From assembly GCA_022646745.1 (NCBI GenBank), contig CP060262.1, positions 4,080,001 to 4,112,000 on the forward strand: a DNA stretch of 32,000 nt, written 5' to 3'. The notes beneath the pieces were generated by a model. It saw only the letters and a program-made list of their open reading frames with translations, did not search any database and was not told the DNA's origin. How positions within the stretch are numbered: the stretch's first letter is position 1; each line of letters opens with the position of its first letter. Shown piece by piece: positions 17,839 to 25,718 of the stretch. The position numbers and the translations under genes were made by a program. The DNA is from Planctomycetales bacterium. GTDB taxonomy: Bacteria > 4484-113 > JAFGCY01.

Positions 17839-18150
17839 ATGGAGCCGCAGGCAGGAAACTTGAATCAGTTCCTCATACTGGGGCTGCATATCATTGCGGT
17901 CATCGGCCTGCTGTTTTTCCTGCGCAGGCTGCATAATGGACTGCGCCGCCAGAGCTACAGGAGCATGACCAGGCTGGCGGACAATGCTGAAATGGCGCGC
18001 CGCAACATCCAGCGCATTGAAGATGAGCAGTGGCATGAGCGTCTGAACAGCAACCTGAGGATATCGCGCCGCCAGCTGGGCCTGAGCCGGGAACAGCTGG
18101 CACAGCTGGCACGGATCGATGAGTTCCAGCAGTCCCGGCTCATGCGTTGA
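17839..18150 (+). CDS. small single-pass membrane protein, possible HTH-like C-terminus
   Basis: 103 aa. TM helix FLILGLHIIAVIGLLFFL. The C-terminal RRQLGLSREQLAQLARIDEFQQSRL resembles an XRE-type helix-turn-helix. Sits between two co-oriented genes with tight spacing. Confidence 0.45.
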   Translation: MEPQAGNLNQFLILGLHIIAVIGLLFFLRRLHNGLRRQSYRSMTRLADNAEMARRNIQRIEDEQWHERLNSNLRISRRQLGLSREQLAQLARIDEFQQSRLMR

Positions 18151-18992
18151 TGAGCAGAACAGCAGACAGAGCAGGTAGCAGCACAGGCCGCAGTGCCCCG
18201 GCTGCACGCAGCACAACCCGGGGTGGAGGACAGCCGCCGGAGCAAGCCACAAGCAGCCTCTGGATGGAAGCCCTGCGCATCCTTGGCAGCATCCTCGGCA
18301 TCCTCGTCGGCCTGGTGCTCACCGGCTTCTGCCTCGGCGTCTGGTACGCATCCAAGGAAGGCGCGGAGATCATGCGTGAGATCGCGCAGCGCGACGTGAG
18401 CGGCCCGCGTGAACAGGTGGACCGCTATGGTGAATTCTTCACCGGGCTGGACACATCACAGTTCATCGTGCGCCGGGACGAGCCGCGCAACCTGCAGAAC
18501 GTGATCACCTATCTCTGGACCGTTGAGCACCGCCAGAGCGGCGAAGTCACCCAGTTCCGCTGGGAGTGGGACATGTCCACGCTGGACGTCGTGCCACGCT
18601 CCAATGGCGCCCTGCTGCTTGACCTGCGCCTGAAGAACCTCGCCGACAGTGAAACCGGGGAGTTCAATTTCTACGACCCGGATGACACATTCGCGCTAGC
18701 GATCGTCAACCAGGACATCTCACTGATAGGCATGGAGGACATCAGCGACAGCTGGGGCGGCAGTGAATACACCGACGGCGTCGCCCCTCCGCTGATCTCA
18801 CCGGACGATGCCAAGGGCCGCGCCTCAGATTACGCCGCCGAGCAGGAGGAAAAGCTTGCAGAGGAGCAGGCTGCAGGCGGGGATGAATCCACTCCGGAGC
18901 GCGAGGCCGGGGACAGCAGTGAGGTCAAACCGGACATCAACCTGCCACCCTCCAACCATCCTGCGAACCCGCCCGTGCGTGAGGATATGTAG
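18150..18992 (+). CDS. hypothetical membrane-anchored protein with acidic C-terminal tail
   Basis: The ATG at 18150 overlaps the upstream stop (TGATG). An alternative start is M at 18264 (MEALRILG...). One TM helix (ILGSILGILVGLVLTGFCLGVWY), a globular region, then a Glu/Pro-rich tail. Confidence 0.55.
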   Translation: MSRTADRAGSSTGRSAPAARSTTRGGGQPPEQATSSLWMEALRILGSILGILVGLVLTGFCLGVWYASKEGAEIMREIAQRDVSGPREQVDRYGEFFTGLDTSQFIVRRDEPRNLQNVITYLWTVEHRQSGEVTQFRWEWDMSTLDVVPRSNGALLLDLRLKNLADSETGEFNFYDPDDTFALAIVNQDISLIGMEDISDSWGGSEYTDGVAPPLISPDDAKGRASDYAAEQEEKLAEEQAAGGDESTPEREAGDSSEVKPDINLPPSNHPANPPVREDM

Positions 18993-19053
18993 CGCTTTAT
19001 CGCTACTTAACCGGCTAATCCGCAGCCTTGCCGCCAGCCCCGACAGACTGTCC

Positions 19054-19085
19054 TATAATTCAGCGTAACTTCCGCGCGCCGGAAG
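19054..19085 (+). promoter_or_regulatory. candidate gdhA promoter -10 box and 5'-UTR hairpin
   Basis: Perfect TATAAT at 19054-19059. The nearest -35-like TTGCCG lies 20 nt upstream, which is poor spacing. Hairpin CTTCCG-cgcgc-CGGAAG at 19069-19085, then GGAGGA SD at 19095-19100. Confidence 0.35.
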
Positions 19086-19107
19086 CCCGAAATTGGAGGA
19101 AACATCA

Positions 19108-20460
19108 ATGTCTCACGCAGTCAGTGAATTCATGGAGCAGGTCAAGGCAAAGAACCCGGCCGAGCCGACCTTCCACCAGGCAGTGCAGGAGGTCGCCGAG
19201 TCGGTCCTGCCGATCTACGACCAGCACCCTGAATTCGTTGAGGCCCGCATCCTCGAGCGCATCGTCGAGCCTGAGCGTGTGCTCATGTTCCGCGTGCCCT
19301 GGGTTGACGACAGCGGCAAGGTGCAGGTCAACCGCGGCTTCCGCATCGAGATGAACAGCGCGATCGGCCCCTACAAGGGCGGCCTGCGCTTCCACCCGAG
19401 TGTCAACCTCGGCATCCTGAAGTTCCTCGCCTTCGAGCAGGTGTTCAAGAACAGCCTGACTACGCTGCCGATGGGCGGCGGCAAGGGCGGCTCCGACTTT
19501 GACCCGAAGGGCAAGAGTGACAACGAGGTGATGGCGTTCTGCCAGGCCTTCATGTCCGAGCTGTTCCGCCACATCGGCCCGCGCACCGACGTGCCCGCCG
19601 GTGACATCGGCGTCGGCGGCCGTGAGATCGGCTACCTGTTCGGCATGTACAAGAAGCTGCGCAACGAGTTCTCCGGCGTGCTGACCGGCAAGAGCCCCGA
19701 CTGGGGCGGCAGCCTGATCCGCCCGGAGGCCACCGGCTACGGCAACGTGTACTTCGCGCAGGAGATGCTGGCAACGAAGGGCCATGAGGTCAAGGGCCGC
19801 AACGCCCTGATCAGCGGCAGTGGCAACGTGGCCCAGTACTGCGCCGAGAAGGTGATCCAGCTCGGCGGCAAGGTGATCACGATGTCCGACTCCGACGGCT
19901 TCATCGTCGACCGCGACGGCATCGACGCCGAGAAGCTGGCCTGGATCATGGACCTCAAGAACAACCGCCGCGGCCGCATCAGCGAGTACACCGAGAAGTT
20001 CGGCGGCGAGTACGGCGACCGCAGCAACGGCAAGAGTGAATGGTATGTGGACGGCTGCACGCTGGCCTTCCCCTGCGCCACCCAGAACGAGGTCGATGTC
20101 AACGAGGCCAAGGCGATCGTCGACAACGGCATCATCTGCGTGAGCGAGGGTGCCAACATGCCCTGCACTCCCGAAGCCTTCGCACACATCCAGGCGAACG
20201 GCCTGCTCTACGCACCGGGCAAGGCGTCCAATGCCGGCGGCGTGGCCACCAGCGGCCTGGAGATGGCGCAGAATGCCGCCTTCAGCTACTGGACCCGCGA
20301 GGAGGTCGACGGCAAGCTGCACAACATCATGAAGAACATCCACCAGCAGTGCACCAGCACCTGCGAGAAGTACGGCAAGCCGGGCGACTACGTGTTCGGT
20401 GCCAACGTGGCTGGCTTCATCAAGGTTGCCAATTCGATGCTGGCCCAGGGCGTCGTCTAG
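19108..20460 (+). CDS. gdhA: NADP-specific glutamate dehydrogenase
   Basis: KGGLRFHPSVNLGILKFLAFEQVFKNSLTTLPMGGGKGGSDFDPKGKSD and the overall 450-aa architecture match hexameric GdhA. The ATG at 19108 with GGAGGA 7 nt upstream is preferred over the track's TTG at 19093. Confidence 0.9.
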   Translation: MSHAVSEFMEQVKAKNPAEPTFHQAVQEVAESVLPIYDQHPEFVEARILERIVEPERVLMFRVPWVDDSGKVQVNRGFRIEMNSAIGPYKGGLRFHPSVNLGILKFLAFEQVFKNSLTTLPMGGGKGGSDFDPKGKSDNEVMAFCQAFMSELFRHIGPRTDVPAGDIGVGGREIGYLFGMYKKLRNEFSGVLTGKSPDWGGSLIRPEATGYGNVYFAQEMLATKGHEVKGRNALISGSGNVAQYCAEKVIQLGGKVITMSDSDGFIVDRDGIDAEKLAWIMDLKNNRRGRISEYTEKFGGEYGDRSNGKSEWYVDGCTLAFPCATQNEVDVNEAKAIVDNGIICVSEGANMPCTPEAFAHIQANGLLYAPGKASNAGGVATSGLEMAQNAAFSYWTREEVDGKLHNIMKNIHQQCTSTCEKYGKPGDYVFGANVAGFIKVANSMLAQGVV

Positions 20461-20574
20461 GAGCGACGTTGCGAAGGCGAAGCCAAAGCTGCGTCAGCTC
20501 TTCCGGAATCAACAGAGCCCGCGCAGCTTCGCAACGCGGCTCCGGTAAAAGGAGCGACCTTGCGAAGGCGAAGG
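20460..20574. repeat. direct plus inverted repeat structure 3' of gdhA
   Basis: GGAGCGACgTTGCGAAGGCGAAG (20460-20482) recurs at 20551-20573 with one mismatch. Copy 1 pairs (15/17) with CTTCGCAACGCGGCTCC at 20527-20543, giving a stem-loop of about 84 nt. Confidence 0.65.
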
Positions 20575-20622
20575 AGGCCAGGCTGCCAGCCTGGCAAGTG
20601 CCAAGTCAACGACTTGGCCTCC
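20573..20622. repeat. 50-nt REP-like double-hairpin element (copy B)
   Basis: GGAGG-CCAGGCT-gcc-AGCCTGG-CAAGT-GCCAAGTC-aac-GACTTGGC-CTCC. Same architecture as 29029-29078, with compensatory stem substitutions. Confidence 0.75.
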
Positions 20623-20635
20623 ATCAATGAACCAC

Positions 20636-20665
20636 AAATGGGACCCCGCGGGGTCCCATTTTTTT
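20636..20665. terminator. bidirectional rho-independent terminator between gdhA and the TPR-TIR gene
   Basis: Perfect 20-nt palindrome TGGGACCCCGCGGGGTCCCA (20639-20658) followed by TTTTTTT on the plus strand and preceded by AAA. It sits between convergent genes, and the minus-strand gene's stop codon lies in the T-run. Confidence 0.8.
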
Positions 20666-22253
20666 ATCCCTCGATCCAGCTCACCAGCTTGTCAATGAAG
20701 GCGTTGAAGAACTCCGTCGTGAATGACATGCCATTCACCTGGCACAGCCCGCGGATGTCCTCAGGCAGGTCCTCAGGCTTCGGCCAGCTGAAGCCGTCCA
20801 TCATCACCGGGATGATATGCACGCCGTGGTGCAGCGCGGTGGCCAGTTCCTGCCTGACAACGTCATCCGGGTCGGAACTGCAGCGCTCGAGGAAATCAGG
20901 GGTCAGCAGCACCAGCATGTGCCGGCTGTAGCGGATCGCCTCCTTCAGGTCCTCGGCGAAATGGCCCTTGTGCAGGCCGTCCTGGTCACGGAATACCGTC
21001 TTGCCGCGGATCTCCATATGGGCCTGCAGCAGCATCGCGTTGGCAAGCGCCGGTTCCCGCCGGTAGCAGATGAACACGTCATATTTCTTCTCGTTGTCAG
21101 GAATCACGCTGACTGCCTCGGGCTGGCTGGCGATCTGATCAGCCACCAGCCTGTCCGGACTGGGTGACATCCAGTCCCTGAGGGTCTCCATTATGAACGG
21201 GGGCTGCTGAATGCCCTGCTTCGTGCAGGTCTCAATGGCCCGGTAGACTTCCTTCAGTGCCTCATCCAGCCTGCCCGCCCCCTGCAGGCAGATCGCCCGG
21301 CCGAAGTACAGCATCCATTCCTCTTCATCACCGCCTTCCCTGATGGTTTCCTCGGCCAGTTCGTAATAGTGCAGGGATTCCTCGATCCTGCCCAGCCTGC
21401 CCAGTGCATCTGCCATACCGATCATAGCCGAGGAAGCCAGTTGACCACTCTGTTCACGGTGCAGGCGCATAGCCTCCTGGAAAAGCTCAAGGGACTGCTG
21501 GGGCCTGCCCATCTTCAGGAGAATCGCGCCCCGGTTTCCGACTAGTGCGGCTGGAAGCGGCCGCTGCATCTCATCAAATATCTCTTCTACCCGGTCCAGC
21601 ACTGCCAATGCATCCTCGTACCGCCCGATCTGCACAAGCAGGTAGGCCCGCAGGTTCATCAGCGCCATCAGCGGCTGCTCATCCTGCTCAATTGCCAGCT
21701 TCTCAGCGCGGTCGAGCCAGTGCAGGGCCTTGTCAACCTGTAACCTGTCGGAATAGAGCTGTGCCCTGAAGCCAGATACCCCCTGTGAAAGGGGCTTTCC
21801 CTGCGCCATGCACAGCTCATCTGCCCTGTCCAGGCTGGCCAGGGCGTCGTCATACGAGATCAGGTGCCTCTGGATGGTTGCCAGCATCAACTCCAGCTTG
21901 GGATCCACAGGCATGCCCTGGTCCAGGAAGGCCCGGCGCGCCAGTTCAACTTGCTGCTGGCCCTCGGCGTAATGGTGCAAGCTGATCAGGCAGCCGCCAA
22001 TTCGCATCAGGATCCGCGGATCCTCCGGTTTTCCCTGCTGCTTGAGGATCTCAATGGCCTGCTGGGCGGCGCTCAGCGCTTCTTCGTAGCGCATCAACAT
22101 GAACAGCAGGTCAGACTTGCGGTCCAGCAGTTCCGGATCAGCTGGCTGCCCAGCCGCCTCCAGTCTCTGTTCCTCGCTGAGAAGCTGCTCCAGTTGCTGG
22201 ACAGGAGTGAGTGAGTTCTCCACCCAGCAATTATTGCATTGGCATTGCAGCAC
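20664..22253 (-). CDS. TPR-repeat (about eight 41-42-aa repeats) protein with C-terminal TIR domain
   Basis: The C-terminal ~141 aa (nt ~20667-21089) is TIR-like: KKYDVFICYRRE...TVFRDQD...HMLVLLTPDFLERCSSDPDDVVRQELATAL. The N-terminal ~370 aa has a ~41-aa periodicity: RYEEAL / HYAEGQ / SYDDAL / QVDKAL / RYEDAL / RPQQSL / RIEESL / RLDEAL. GTG start at 22253, with alternative GTG at 22223. No NTPase, TM or signal sequence. Confidence 0.8.
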   Translation of the reverse strand: MLQCQCNNCWVENSLTPVQQLEQLLSEEQRLEAAGQPADPELLDRKSDLLFMLMRYEEALSAAQQAIEILKQQGKPEDPRILMRIGGCLISLHHYAEGQQQVELARRAFLDQGMPVDPKLELMLATIQRHLISYDDALASLDRADELCMAQGKPLSQGVSGFRAQLYSDRLQVDKALHWLDRAEKLAIEQDEQPLMALMNLRAYLLVQIGRYEDALAVLDRVEEIFDEMQRPLPAALVGNRGAILLKMGRPQQSLELFQEAMRLHREQSGQLASSAMIGMADALGRLGRIEESLHYYELAEETIREGGDEEEWMLYFGRAICLQGAGRLDEALKEVYRAIETCTKQGIQQPPFIMETLRDWMSPSPDRLVADQIASQPEAVSVIPDNEKKYDVFICYRREPALANAMLLQAHMEIRGKTVFRDQDGLHKGHFAEDLKEAIRYSRHMLVLLTPDFLERCSSDPDDVVRQELATALHHGVHIIPVMMDGFSWPKPEDLPEDIRGLCQVNGMSFTTEFFNAFIDKLVSWIEG

Positions 22254-22274
22254 GGCAGGTCGTATGCTGAATGG

Positions 22275-23411
22275 ATGGGATGGATCAGGGACAGCATCCG
22301 GGATTACGTCGAGCTATACCGGCCATTGCGCCGCAGCTTCATCGGCTGGCGCAGCCCGCTTGTGTTGTGGCCTGGCATTTTCGTTTTCGCGCTGGCAATC
22401 ACGAGTGCAATCCTGCAGCAGCAGGTTGATCCAAACCAACTCAGTTGGAACCAGGGCTTCCTGCAATTCCTGATTATTGAACTGACCCCGCCGCTGATCA
22501 TGCTTTGCATGATCACTGCCTGGTTCAATATCGCCCTTGCAAACAGCCACAATGCCCAGACCCTGCTGGAACCCGCGCTGATGGGTGGCAACAGGGTAAG
22601 TGGATGGTTCCGTTTCCTGCTGGGCCTGCACAGTGGTCTGGTTCCGCTGCTTGTTGCCGTATGTGGACTGGCAATCGTGCACCTGTCTGAAAAGCCTCCA
22701 TACTGGGGTTTTCGCATTGTCGATGTCGTCGACAACTTCGGATACCTCCTTTGCTGCGTTGCCTGGACCGCGATCTGCCTCGCCGTTTACTGTGTGACAG
22801 CCAGCCGGCGATTCACATTCTTCCTGTTCGCTCTGTTTGCCATAGAGCTTGTCTTCCGTGTATTCCTTGCCAGCAGCAATTTCCCGCGCTACTGGGACTC
22901 GTTTGGCCTGTCCGGCCAGCGGCTGGATGGCTATTACTACGTCCTGCTGGTTCTGGCCCTGCTCCTGCCCCTGTCAGTGATGCTCGGCCACTTGTTCAAA
23001 CGGGACACCATGCTGATGCTCAGCACCGCCTTCCTGTCCCTGGTTCGTTTGGTGCATATCGCACTGCTCAGCATCGGGTTTGCCGACCCAGCCGTGTACG
23101 GCGGTGGGATCTATACGGCGCTGTATGAGTTTGCCAACGATGACACAACCGGCGACCTGATCGAAGGCGTCTGGATCCTGAACGGCAGCATCTCTGACTC
23201 ACTCTTCAGCCTGGAATTTACTGACAATTACATGATGCGTTCACTGATTGGCGATCCATATCTCGTATTCATGCACCAGCTTCGCCTGTTTTCCGGCAGC
23301 CCGCTTGCCATGGCGGCCCTGGCCCTGCTCGGAAACCTGGCCTGGCTGTTCCTCGTCTGCGTCGTCTGCCTGTATTGTGTACGCAGGCATGAAAGGGAGA
23401 TGGTGAGCTGA
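22275..23411 (+). CDS. paralog 1 of a six-member polytopic membrane protein family (unknown family)
   Basis: The ATG at 22275 gives MGWIRDSIRDYVELYRPLRRSFIGWR, aligned with the paralog 2 N-terminus. The track's TTG at 22239 would overlap the divergent TIR gene. About 8 hydrophobic segments. C-terminal helix LGNLAWLFLVCVVCLYCVRRHERE. Confidence 0.7.
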   Translation: MGWIRDSIRDYVELYRPLRRSFIGWRSPLVLWPGIFVFALAITSAILQQQVDPNQLSWNQGFLQFLIIELTPPLIMLCMITAWFNIALANSHNAQTLLEPALMGGNRVSGWFRFLLGLHSGLVPLLVAVCGLAIVHLSEKPPYWGFRIVDVVDNFGYLLCCVAWTAICLAVYCVTASRRFTFFLFALFAIELVFRVFLASSNFPRYWDSFGLSGQRLDGYYYVLLVLALLLPLSVMLGHLFKRDTMLMLSTAFLSLVRLVHIALLSIGFADPAVYGGGIYTALYEFANDDTTGDLIEGVWILNGSISDSLFSLEFTDNYMMRSLIGDPYLVFMHQLRLFSGSPLAMAALALLGNLAWLFLVCVVCLYCVRRHEREMVS

Positions 23412-23412
23412 G

Positions 23413-24597
23413 ATGGCTGCTTCAACCTCGATCATTTCCGAGTACCAGGAGTTCTACTCCCCGATCCAGCGCAACTTCGCCGGCTGGCGGCGCGGCGCGC
23501 TGCCCGTCATCATCGCCCTGCTCTGCCTGCTGGCACTGTGTGCGCTGCTGTTCATGGCCGGCTGGTGGCTGCCCGGGCCCACCCAGAACCTTGCGGAGCT
23601 GTTCCGTGACATCGGCGAATTCTGCCGTGCACTGCTCCTGCCCGCCGCCTTGACCGGCTGGGTGGTGCTGGCGCTTGCCAACCTGCGCATCGCTGACAGC
23701 CTGCTGGATGAGGCCCTGCTCGGCCGGCGCGGCAGCAGCGCATCCTTCCGCTTCATCCTGACCTTGCACTCCGGTCTCTGGCCCGTGCTCGTCGGCGCAA
23801 CGCTGCTGGCAACGGTGCTCGCCGCCCAGTCGTTCCAGGCCGCGAATGCCACCGAGCCCAGCTGGCTCGGGCCGTCCTACAACTGGGACTCGATGATGGA
23901 GCATGTGCGCGGCGAACTGCTGGTCAGGCTTGGCAACTTGCCGGGGGAGCTGGCGATGTACTGCGGCTTCACTGCGATCGCACTCGCGCTGGCCTGCATG
24001 GCGCGGCGCAGCTCGACGGTCTGGTTGGTGTTCTGCCTGCTCAACCTGCAGCTGCTGCTGGACATCCTCGCGGCCTTCCTCAATGTCAACGTCTATGCGC
24101 TGTATTGGCAGGACACGATGTACAGCACCCGCCCGCTGCTGTTCCTGCTGATGCTGGCCGGGGCTGCATTGGTCTACGGCCTGCCGCTGATCGCCCTGAA
24201 GGCTTCCGACCGGCCTCTGCTGTACGCATTCGCCTGGCTGTCCATCATGCGCACCGCTGACCTGTTCCTCGCGCTCAGTCGCAACGGCTTCGTGGCTTCC
24301 GTGCAGTATGACGACTCACGCATGCCGCTTTTGAACTTCAGCTGGCATGCCAACCTCGCGATGAAGTACCCGCTTTTCAGCTGCCTGCCGGAGAACTTCA
24401 ACCGGATCTACGGCTTCGGGCGCGGGATCTTCGAGGACCGCTACATGCTGATGTTCATGGACCAGGTGCGCGAGGGCCTGCCCTGCGGCAGCTGGGGGAT
24501 CGCAGTGGCCTGGCTTGGCAACCTGGCCTGGCTGGCAGCAGTGCTCGCGGTCTGCCTGTACAGCGTGCGCCGCTTCGAGAAGGAACAGATCACCTGA
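23413..24597 (+). CDS. paralog 2 of the membrane protein family
   Basis: The ATG lies 1 nt after the paralog 1 stop. Motifs: SEYQEFYSPIQRNFAGWRR; ALANLRIADSLLDEALLGRRGSSASFRFILTLHSGLWP (compare paralog 1 ALANSHNAQTLLEPALMGGNRVSGWFRFLLGLHSGLVP); C-terminal LGNLAWLAAVLAVCLYSVRRFEKE. Confidence 0.75.
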   Translation: MAASTSIISEYQEFYSPIQRNFAGWRRGALPVIIALLCLLALCALLFMAGWWLPGPTQNLAELFRDIGEFCRALLLPAALTGWVVLALANLRIADSLLDEALLGRRGSSASFRFILTLHSGLWPVLVGATLLATVLAAQSFQAANATEPSWLGPSYNWDSMMEHVRGELLVRLGNLPGELAMYCGFTAIALALACMARRSSTVWLVFCLLNLQLLLDILAAFLNVNVYALYWQDTMYSTRPLLFLLMLAGAALVYGLPLIALKASDRPLLYAFAWLSIMRTADLFLALSRNGFVASVQYDDSRMPLLNFSWHANLAMKYPLFSCLPENFNRIYGFGRGIFEDRYMLMFMDQVREGLPCGSWGIAVAWLGNLAWLAAVLAVCLYSVRRFEKEQIT

Positions 24598-25718
24598 TGG
24601 CGACGCTGGCTGACAAGCTGCACGGACCAAGGCAATCTGCCATCCCGCTGGACAGTGTGATGAAGCGCTGGTGGCGTAGGCGCGGACTGCTGTGGCTATT
24701 GGCGATGCTCTTGCCGGCGATGGTCTATGCCATTGCGATTACCGACCAGGTATTCAGTGCTGCGCCATCGCGGATCTCCCAGTGGATCATTTTCTGGGCT
24801 TATAACCGGCTGGTCACCACGGGTATTGTGGTGCTTTTGCTGGCATTCCTGGCGGCGATCTGGCATGAGTTCGGCATCATGCGCCGGATGGCGCGGGAAG
24901 CGGCAGCCCCGGATCCCGGCTTGGGCAGCAGGGAGTTCTTCGTGCGCAGCATGAGGCACCTGCCCTGGCTAGCAGCGGGCTTTGTACTCACCCGCCTGGT
25001 TATCATGCTGCCATTCCTGTTTGAGTCTAACTATCATGCGTGGTTTTCCGGCATAGGCAAATTCAGTTACATCCCGGACCTGGTTGAGCACAGTGTCCGA
25101 GACCTGTACCTTGCCTTGTTCCTCAGCGTGGCAGCAGCAGCCCTGTACTGTTACCGTGGCATGGCCAGGCACCTGCTTGTGCTGGCATATCCGGCTTGCA
25201 AGATGCTCGTGTGGCCATTCAAGATTTCGCCAAACACCTGGTACTGCGGCAGTGAAGGTATTCCAGTTTCTGAATTGATCATGGCCTGGCTGACAGCCGC
25301 CATCACTCTCGCCGGCATCTATCACCTGCTAGTCTCATACTCAGCAACTGTCAGCAGCCCGGCACCGACACGGATCAGGAATCGCTACAGAGCCATTCCG
25401 GTAATGGCAACCCTGTTCATCCTGTCCTTCCAGGCCGTGAATGAACTGCTGCCCGACACAGTTAATACGCAGGACATTGGCTTCTGGATGAGCGAATCAC
25501 TATTTTCTTGCCCAACATATCTGTTAATCGCAACTGGCAACCACGGTGATGTGATGGAAGCGGCATTGACCCTCAGTTTCGGCTGGGGTCCTGTCGTTCA
25601 TGCGGGCTGGTACTGTGTCCCGTTGGCAATCCTGATCAATTTGTCAGTAGTGGCCATGCTGTGGTTCGCAGCATTTCTGGCCCTGCCGGCACCTGAAGGA
25701 GACCAGGCACGGGCATGA
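24597..25718 (+). CDS. paralog 3 (most divergent) of the membrane protein family
   Basis: TGATG overlap with paralog 2. Motifs: MKRWWRRRGLLWLLA and the loop RRMAREAAAPDPGLGSREFF. The C-terminal helix is diverged (ILINLSVVAMLWFAAFLALP). The second half is visibly less GC-rich. Confidence 0.65.
   Translation: MATLADKLHGPRQSAIPLDSVMKRWWRRRGLLWLLAMLLPAMVYAIAITDQVFSAAPSRISQWIIFWAYNRLVTTGIVVLLLAFLAAIWHEFGIMRRMAREAAAPDPGLGSREFFVRSMRHLPWLAAGFVLTRLVIMLPFLFESNYHAWFSGIGKFSYIPDLVEHSVRDLYLALFLSVAAAALYCYRGMARHLLVLAYPACKMLVWPFKISPNTWYCGSEGIPVSELIMAWLTAAITLAGIYHLLVSYSATVSSPAPTRIRNRYRAIPVMATLFILSFQAVNELLPDTVNTQDIGFWMSESLFSCPTYLLIATGNHGDVMEAALTLSFGWGPVVHAGWYCVPLAILINLSVVAMLWFAAFLALPAPEGDQARA

Noticed and set aside
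20664-22253. Calling the TPR-TIR protein a Thoeris ThsB or an Avs/STAND sensor.
   Set aside because: No ThsA-like (SIR2 or Macro) gene is adjacent, and the protein has no NTPase (Walker A/B) region. Only the generic TPR plus TIR description is supported.
22239-22274. TTG start at 22239 for paralog 1, as given in the ORF track.
   Set aside because: It would overlap the divergent TPR-TIR start codon. The ATG at 22275 aligns the conserved [DE]Y.E motif at the same distance from the N-terminus as in paralog 2.
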